In this document: positions 56,898 to 64,000 of the stretch, one piece after another | Position numbering within the stretch: position 1 is the stretch's first letter | Layout: each line of letters starts with the position of its first letter | Source: Oopsacas minuta | Lineage: Eukaryota > Animalia > Porifera | NCBI GenBank assembly: GCA_024704765.1 | Contig: JAKMXF010000055.1 | Span: 64,255 to 128,254, forward strand | Direction: 5' to 3' | Length of the DNA stretch: 64,000 bases | The notes under the pieces: model-generated | Seen by the model: the letters and a program-made list of their open reading frames with translations, nothing else | Told to the model about the DNA's origin: nothing | The model's database searches: none | Position numbers and translations under genes: made by a program

Positions 56898-57121
56898 ACT
56901 AAAACTAAGAAATATGATTATGAAACCAAGAAATATGATTATAAAACTAAGAAATATGATTATAAAACTAAGAAATATGACTATGAAAACTAAAACTAAG
57001 AAATATGACTATGAAAACTAAAACTATGAAATATGACTATGAAAACTAAAACTATGAAATAAGATTATGAAACTAAGAAATACTAAAACTATAAAATAAG
57101 ATTATGAAAACTAAAACTATG
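56898..57121. repeat. AT-rich minisatellite built on AAAACTAAGAAATATGA(T/C)TATG variants (~21/28-bp units)
   Basis: Seen directly. Confidence 0.85.
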
Positions 57122-58645
57122 TGGAATTCGTTGGTGTTACCTGTTGGACAATAAAGGAGTCATATTAATTTCCTATTAAGTATTTATCGTGTATCTAACT
57201 CACATTATCATCTTTAGATTCCACGATTTCTTGACCTGTACTAGAAAATACGAAATATTTATAACAGGAAGTCTGTATCTGCTATTTCCANGTGGAACTC
57301 GGATTGTATTATAAGTAATTAAAATTTGGTTTGAAAGATGTATGTGTTAACCAAGTGATCCGAAACTGACAGTAAAACCAAAATTGGGAAGTCGAAAAAA
57401 CATGATTAGATGAAGTGATAATGTATTCTATTCCTGTATGATTATTTTTCCCTATAGAGCCAACTCAATTAAACCAAGGGTCACACTCGTCACTCTTCTT
57501 TAATGTATTTCTCGAATGCTTCAACACTACAACACTCATCTCTCATTTTCTAAACTGCAAATTTTAATTTTTATAAAAGTATTGAATTTATTATAATTTA
57601 TTTATTTATTATTCTATTATTAGAATGGAATTAAATCGCTTTTGAATTGCAAATAATGTTCAGCATACGATATAACCGATGAAAAAATATGTTACGGTTT
57701 GGGGCCATATTGTAGAATTCGGGACACTCGATATACATAGATATTTCGAATTTTGAATTTATATATCTGAGTTGGATATAACGGGATTTGACTGTAGCAG
57801 GTATATTATGCCAGCAGGATTATAATATATGCAAAGCTAAGCCTTGTAATAATACTTTTAGACAGATTCAAATCGCGTTTGAGATAGAACAGACAGTCTA
57901 ATTATTACTATAATATCTCTTGGAAAATCCTACATAAAATAGCAATTATGATTCTACGCAGCAACAGACAATAAGTATATCAGAAATTATGTTTAACTCC
58001 ATTTAATAGCAATTGGGTGATATCTATCCAGTATTGTCAATTCTGGAGTTATCAGCACATATCCTCCTATCCTCTCACAGGGCTCACAGAATGAGCATAG
58101 TCCGTCTTATCACAAGATCAGCTCTTTGATAACATCCGTTCAAGGTACAGACTTACGTATACTAACAATTATTGTATGAACTATCCTCAGTTGCGTAGTT
58201 AGCCAGCCATTACTGGTGGGGTACAGGTTATTATGCTGGGACATACTTAAAATTATTCCACATTCTTTACAATCTGAGCATTAACAAATAGGAAGAAATA
58301 TCCTTTCGAGTGTACTTTGTTGCCCCATTCTAGCCGTTAAGAAGAAGTCTCCCCGCTTGTTTCAAGATTTCAATTATTTGTTTACTTTATATTTCATGAA
58401 AACAACAATAAATTTACATATGATTAATTATATTAAAAGTGTGAAAATCGGATTCAGTATATGCGATATATTTATTTTCTTGAATTCTGTTTATTTTTTG
58501 TTAACTCGATAAATGCAAAATCTTGTAATTGCTAGATTTGAGTTCAATATAGCATTCGATAAATCCTTTCCTTGACAACAAACAAACAAACAAACAAACA
58601 AACAAACAAACAAACAAACGGACGAATAAACATAGCAATTAAAAA

Positions 58646-58932
58646 TCTATATTATTGAATCTCAATTGTTGTCTGACTGCTTGTTTGTTTGTTTGTTTGT
58701 TGTCCGTTGTCAAGGAAAGGATTTACGGTATGCAATTTTGAATTTGTCGTATAACTATCTATTTATCGTGTTTATCAAGGAAGTAAATAATAATTCAATA
58801 AAACTTCACTAAATTTATCGAACATGTTTAATCCGATTTTCACACTTTTGGATTAATCATATGGAAATTTATTGTTGTCTAACTTGAGGAAGTAAGCTGT
58901 CGCGCAGCTACCTAGCAAGCGAAACTCGCTAG
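58646..58932 (+). mobile_element. Non-autonomous Helitron-like element with a (TTTG)n tract; an inverted partial copy with (AAAC)n lies immediately upstream (~58420-58625)
   Basis: A|TCTATATTATT start, subterminal GC-rich AGCGAAACTCGCT stem, CTAG|T end. Confidence 0.65.
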
Positions 58933-59402
58933 TATAGATTACTTATGTTATAATTATATTCGTTTGTTATTTTGTTAATGTTTTCAGGCAAAGGAGTCCA
59001 TATCGAGCTACACAAGGTATTGGATATGCAAGAGATGAGATTTACTGCGATACACACACAAAAGATTAGCATGACAGGAGGGAGGTTCAAAACGATAATT
59101 AAATCAAAAAGATTGCTATAAGCACCTATGATATTCACAAAATAACTCAAAAATTCCCCTTCCTGAACATTAGTATATTGATTTTTTCCATTATTTATAT
59201 CTTAATACAGCTGATTCTTATTTATTGCTTAGTTTAGCATTCTATCACTAGCTAATTCCTATATATTCTAGTATTTCATTTGTTGTAATCTTATTTATGT
59301 TTTATTGTTGTTTACTATTGTACTATAGCACCTATAGTCCTTCATTCCCTTCATTAACTCTTTGTTAATTTTATCTCCTTGTTTAGATCTAGGTTCCTAA
59401 TA

Positions 59403-59522
59403 ATGGCTCCTAATGTGTAGACGGATAAATACCACATCAAGGGACACTAGGGCTATACCACATCTACTCTAGACTGGTGTGAGGAGAACTATATCGTGTT
59501 ACATTATGTCGCAGAGTTCTAG
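59403..59522 (+). pseudogene. ACER3: Alkaline ceramidase 3-like first-exon fragment with stops
   Basis: MAPNV*TDKYHIKGH*GYTTSTLDWCEENYIVLHYVAEF* versus the ACER3 motif GYWGPTTSTLDWCEENY.V..YIAEFW. Confidence 0.8.
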
Positions 59523-60756
59523 ATACAATTTCTCTTCTAACAAACTTATATCTAAACCTCGCAATGAATATAGGAAAATAGAAATGGGATTTCCTCATCT
59601 AGCATAGAGGTCGTATTAAATATGACTTTAGTAGAAAGGACCCCTCTTTCCTTTCTCTCTCAGGAGAGCAGAGTTCTTCTCTTTCAATTCTCTCACTTCA
59701 TCTTCCCACTTATTCTTATCAGTCAATGCATCCTGTAGCTCTCCCGAAGCTGAGATATTGTCCTTGATAAGTTGGGCTACTACTTTCTTTAATGAGACAT
59801 TGTCTCTATTTACAATGCACTATTTCTATGATTCTCTGAAGCTTTGCGTTCTTTTGCAATAAACTACACTCCAAATATTTAATAAACAGAACTTACCTCT
59901 ACTAGAACTAGCACAAGATACCAGCTGTTGAGGTGATAGCCTCCGCAGCCGGAATACCTCCTACGAATATCGTACAAATATAGACAAAATATTTGTTGTT
60001 GATATTCATGTCGCGGCAGTTGACTTCACGTATTAATTGAGTTATTCATTCTAGGTTAATTTGACTTGATTAAGGATGTTGAGGAGTCAACAGCCCCAGA
60101 ACAACCCCCTCCACCTATTTCACAACCTCAAAAAGTCTCCAGGAAGCGTAAACACACAGAATCCGAATGTAATACACCACCAACTTCACCAACAAAGGAC
60201 TTCATGTATCTAAATAATTCCTCAAAGTCTCCTCATCCTGTAACGACCCCCAAAACACCCAAAACACCACAAACTCCTGTGACTCCCAATAATTCTACAG
60301 AATGTTGCAAAGAGTCCCATCTCAAGACCCCGCGTAAGCGTTTGATGCTATCGTCCCTTCCCCGTAAATGGAAAAACAATTGGAATTCAATCCTTCCTCT
60401 CCAGGGGCAACATCTACATCACTTTCGGAGTTATTCGATTACGATGATTATCTCGTAAGAGATCCACAAAGGAAAAATATACTCCCCCTTCTATCCCCAT
60501 CTTTAGTCCTAAATGTTCTCCCATCGCAGAAAGTGAATTTCTATCTCCATTCTTCTGCCAAGAAGAATTGGTATAAATAATAGTGTAATATTAGTAATCT
60601 CTTTTAGTTACATTTTTGTTGTAAGGGAATAATGATATGATCCTCCCTTTATCATACATCGTGTCAGGTATTTGGGCAGCGATTGTTTGTTGTTAAGCAG
60701 CTAGAGACATAAGTGTCTCTTTAGCAGAAGTATTGCTTGTTCGGACATCTACTGAG

Positions 60757-62869
60757 CAGGGTTTGGTTTTGCCCTGTCCAAAACTGGTTTGGGCGGACAG
60801 TGGGAAAAACCCGGTTTTTACCGGCCAAAACTGGGCAAAACCGAGCAATACTGGTCAATTCTATACCCTTCAATAATAAGAATACCTATATTACTTGTTG
60901 ATATCTTATTTTGCTTTGGGAATATACTATTGACACTGGCTTACAATGTGAACAGTAAAGTGATCATAAAATGTGTGGTTTCAACCAATTAATATACTAA
61001 TAAAGTATTCGTACATATATACTTTCTAAACAGGTATAATTATCCAAAGCATTTGTGATATTATAGAAATTGACTACTATCGTGCAGATTGTATATCTTA
61101 CTTACATAAATTGACCAGTTTGAAATGGCACAAGGAGGAAGGCCCATTGATTCAGTATGGAAATTTTTCATCAAAGTTGAAGATGGTGGAAAAATACGAG
61201 CAAAGTGTATAAAATGTAGTGCTATGATCAGTGCAAAGGCTGGGAGGCTTAGAACTCATCTTGAAAAATGCTCTCAAAGCCAACTCCAAAATAATTTTCC
61301 TAAAGACGACCTTCTTGAAATATTAGTACCTTTTAACAGTAGTGACACAACTATACCACCAGAAAAACGTGTATGTCATAAGATCATTCAATCCAAGTTG
61401 AATGATCTGGTTATACACCTCCTACAAGGAAAAGTCCAGCTGGAGGTCTTCTTGATAAGACATTTAATGAAGTAACCACCATGACTGCTTCAGCTCTGGA
61501 AGGGAAGGATGTTACTCTAGTGCAGGATGGATGGAGTGACATACACAACTCCCCTGTAATTGCCCATTGTGTACATTCAGGAGAAAGATCTTATTTTCTG
61601 AATTCTGTTGACACTGGATCAAACAAGAAAACTGCTACTTATTGTACTTCTTTAGCTATCGAAGCGTCCAAAGAAGCAACCGATAAATTTGAGTGTAAAG
61701 TTGTTGCTGTCGTTACTGACAATGAACAAAAAATGCAGTCAATGCGCTCAAAGTTGAAATTGCTTGACAGCTCACTTTCAGTATACGGCTGTGCATCGCA
61801 TTTATTGAACCTGTTGGGGAAGGATATCACCCCTTCGCAAATTATTTCTCATATTACAGAGATAAATAAATATTTTCGCAACCATCACAATCCTGGAGCC
61901 CTCCTATCTGCACAAAAGGGATCCCTTAAACCTCAATTACCAGTCGTGACACGGTGGAATAGTCAATTGGAGTGTATCAAGACATACCTGACAAATAGGC
62001 CTTTCCTTTTGAACATTCTGGCACAACATGAAGATGTTATCGACTTGTCTATTGCAAATCTAATCAACAACGTTGGCCTTTATCGTGAGGCTAAAAATCT
62101 TTATGACCAACTCAAACCGATTGCAACATCATTGGACAAGTTACAAGGGGAAAAGTCTAACGTTGCAGATTCTTGCGAAGAGTGGATGAAATTAATCCAG
62201 TTAGACGAGCTGAAAAGTCACCTAGGCAAAATTCAGAAACGATTCAAACAAGCAACCACACCTACTCACTTCCTAGCCAACATGAACAATCCGAAGTACA
62301 TGGGGCAGAGGCTTTCATGTGAACAACAAGAAGAAGCGAGGGGTTCGCTTATTCAACTAAATGCTTCTCTTTTGCCGCAACTTTATCAGTTTCAGGCAAA
62401 AGAAACACCATTTCCCGCATCTATATTTGAATGCACAGATGCATTAGATCCAGTAACTTGGTGGAAGGCCATTAAAAATCGAAAAACTTAGTAGCTGATG
62501 AGTTTTGTGATTTAGCTATCAATTTATTAATCCTACCGTCAAGTTCCGCAAGTATTGAAAGGATTTTCTCGAATTTTGGTTTAATTCAAACAGAACTACG
62601 GAACAGATTGGGAATCGATAAAGCGAGCAAATTAGTAGCTTGTTATAGAGAATTGAGAGGATGCCAAGAACTAGAGTGGTAACGAATATAGGTTAATTAA
62701 ACATCCATGTATTGTTATACTTTTCTTACTATCAACAAGTATTTATTCAGCATATAAAATATACAAGTAACATGCACTAGTATTAAAATTAGGTTTTGAC
62801 CAGTTTTATCCAGTCAGGAGGTTTTGGACAGGACGGTTTTTACCACATGGACAAAACCTGCCAACCCTG
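60757..62869 (+). mobile_element. hAT transposon (2113 bp) inserted in composite unit copy 3; transposase disrupted
   Basis: 8-bp TSD CTACTGAG at 60749-60756 and 62870-62877; imperfect TIR CAGGGTT(T)GG; BED finger, QDGWSD, TRWNS, SSASIERIFS; the empty site is present in copies 1 and 2. Confidence 0.95.
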
Positions 62870-64000
62870 CTACTGAGTGTGATATCGTCCCGATTAAAGT
62901 TTGGATCAGTTACTTCACTTGTGGAGTTTTGAGAAACACATTAATACCTTCAACGTCAGTTGATATCTTCTCTAGAACTGAATATATTTCCCCTCAAGTT
63001 TAATGATAGGTTTTCAGGAATTAACATACTGGTGGCGGCTGTGTGTTATTAAATCATTCATTACTAAACGAAAACTATTCAAATCCAATGTAAGTCGCGG
63101 CGAACTCCGACAGTTTCCAAACTTGATGCAAAATCAGGTCTCAACCGAATATCTTCTGAGATAATGTGGTCATCTTGAGAATCTTAAGGAAAAATTTTGT
63201 AGAACGTTTCGCCGACGTTATCAACATGGAGATACCGGGATAGATTATCCGTCCGTATTCGTGCGATTTGCAACAGGTACCTATTGAACGAAAGGAATCA
63301 CTGATTGATTTACGTAGCGATGATGTAGTGAAGTCTTCGTTCCCTGAACAATACTACAACATTTTGTGGTGCAATATTGCTGATTAATACCCTGCTCTAT
63401 GCGCCCGCACGAAAGTAATGATATTGTCTTTTCCAACATCGTACCTCGTGGAGAAGGGTTTCTCAGCCGTTGTTGGACTTCTCACAAAGAAGAGGAATAG
63501 GCTGGAGATAACCAAACGTGGTGGTGACCTTCGGCTCTTCTTGACCAAATTCAGTCCCGATCTGAAAAATCTTGTAACTGTGCACAGACCCAACCTTCAC
63601 ACCAAACTTATACAAATGAAAAATTTACACAAATTATGTCTTAGCATTTGGTAATATAATTAATATACAAACGGGATGGGACGAGGGGGAGGTGAGGGAC
63701 GGCCCGATCATCGAAGGGGGCGACCGACAGAAAAAGGTTGAGAAACGCTGGTGTAGAGGGTTCATATATACACTATTATGTGAATAACACATTCAAGAAG
63801 AGTAATAAACTAATAATATATTGAATAATATTTGCATTATACTAATACCTACAACAGATAAACAGATATTCCGCTTATAATCAAGTAATATATTGGACTT
63901 CAAACTTTCTTAGAGAGTGGCTCTCAACGACAATATATACGGACGGTGACACATAGAGCGCTTTGCTGGTGAAGTGGGGGGGTGCCACAAGCATGCTTCC

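Noticed and set aside
35212-59522. Recurrent TGG-to-TAG stops suggesting deaminase hypermutation
   Set aside because: Only a few cases, other Trp codons are intact, and stops are what the eye preferentially notices.
1-64000. Telomeric repeat tracts near the endonuclease-less PLE
   Set aside because: Only isolated TAGGG-type words; no tandem telomeric array at the element junctions or elsewhere.

Overview
AT-rich eukaryotic (animal-like) DNA with short GT-AG introns. No intact conserved host gene, rRNA, tRNA or CRISPR array was recognised. The window is a rearranged graveyard of DNA transposons (several hAT/Buster-type, Tc1, Merlin/IS1595-like, MULE, a TTAA-targeting Kolobok-like element, Helitron-like MITEs), local duplications and inversions, and 0.1-1 kb disabled fragments of host genes (PCM1, cyclin Y, eIF2-alpha kinase, Argonaute PIWI, liprin-alpha, cathepsin B, alkaline ceramidase, Ig/TM receptor). 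One segment stands out: an apparently intact, more GC-rich 6.06-kb minus-strand retroelement at 46531-52592. It encodes an upstream ORF, a ~900-aa Gag-like ORF (RS domain plus two CCHC knuckles) and a Penelope-type reverse transcriptase with no GIY-YIG endonuclease. A perfect 12-bp hairpin contains both the ORF1 stop and the RT start codon. The 3' end carries a five-unit heat-shock element, a TATA box and a 5' splice site, and the last 37 nt of that putative exon recur at the 5' end, fused 6 nt before the first ATG, as a spliced-cDNA junction would look. The element sits inside an 11-kb circularly permuted hAT::Kolobok block with 170-bp terminal repeats. All family assignments come from motif recognition by eye; no database search was run.
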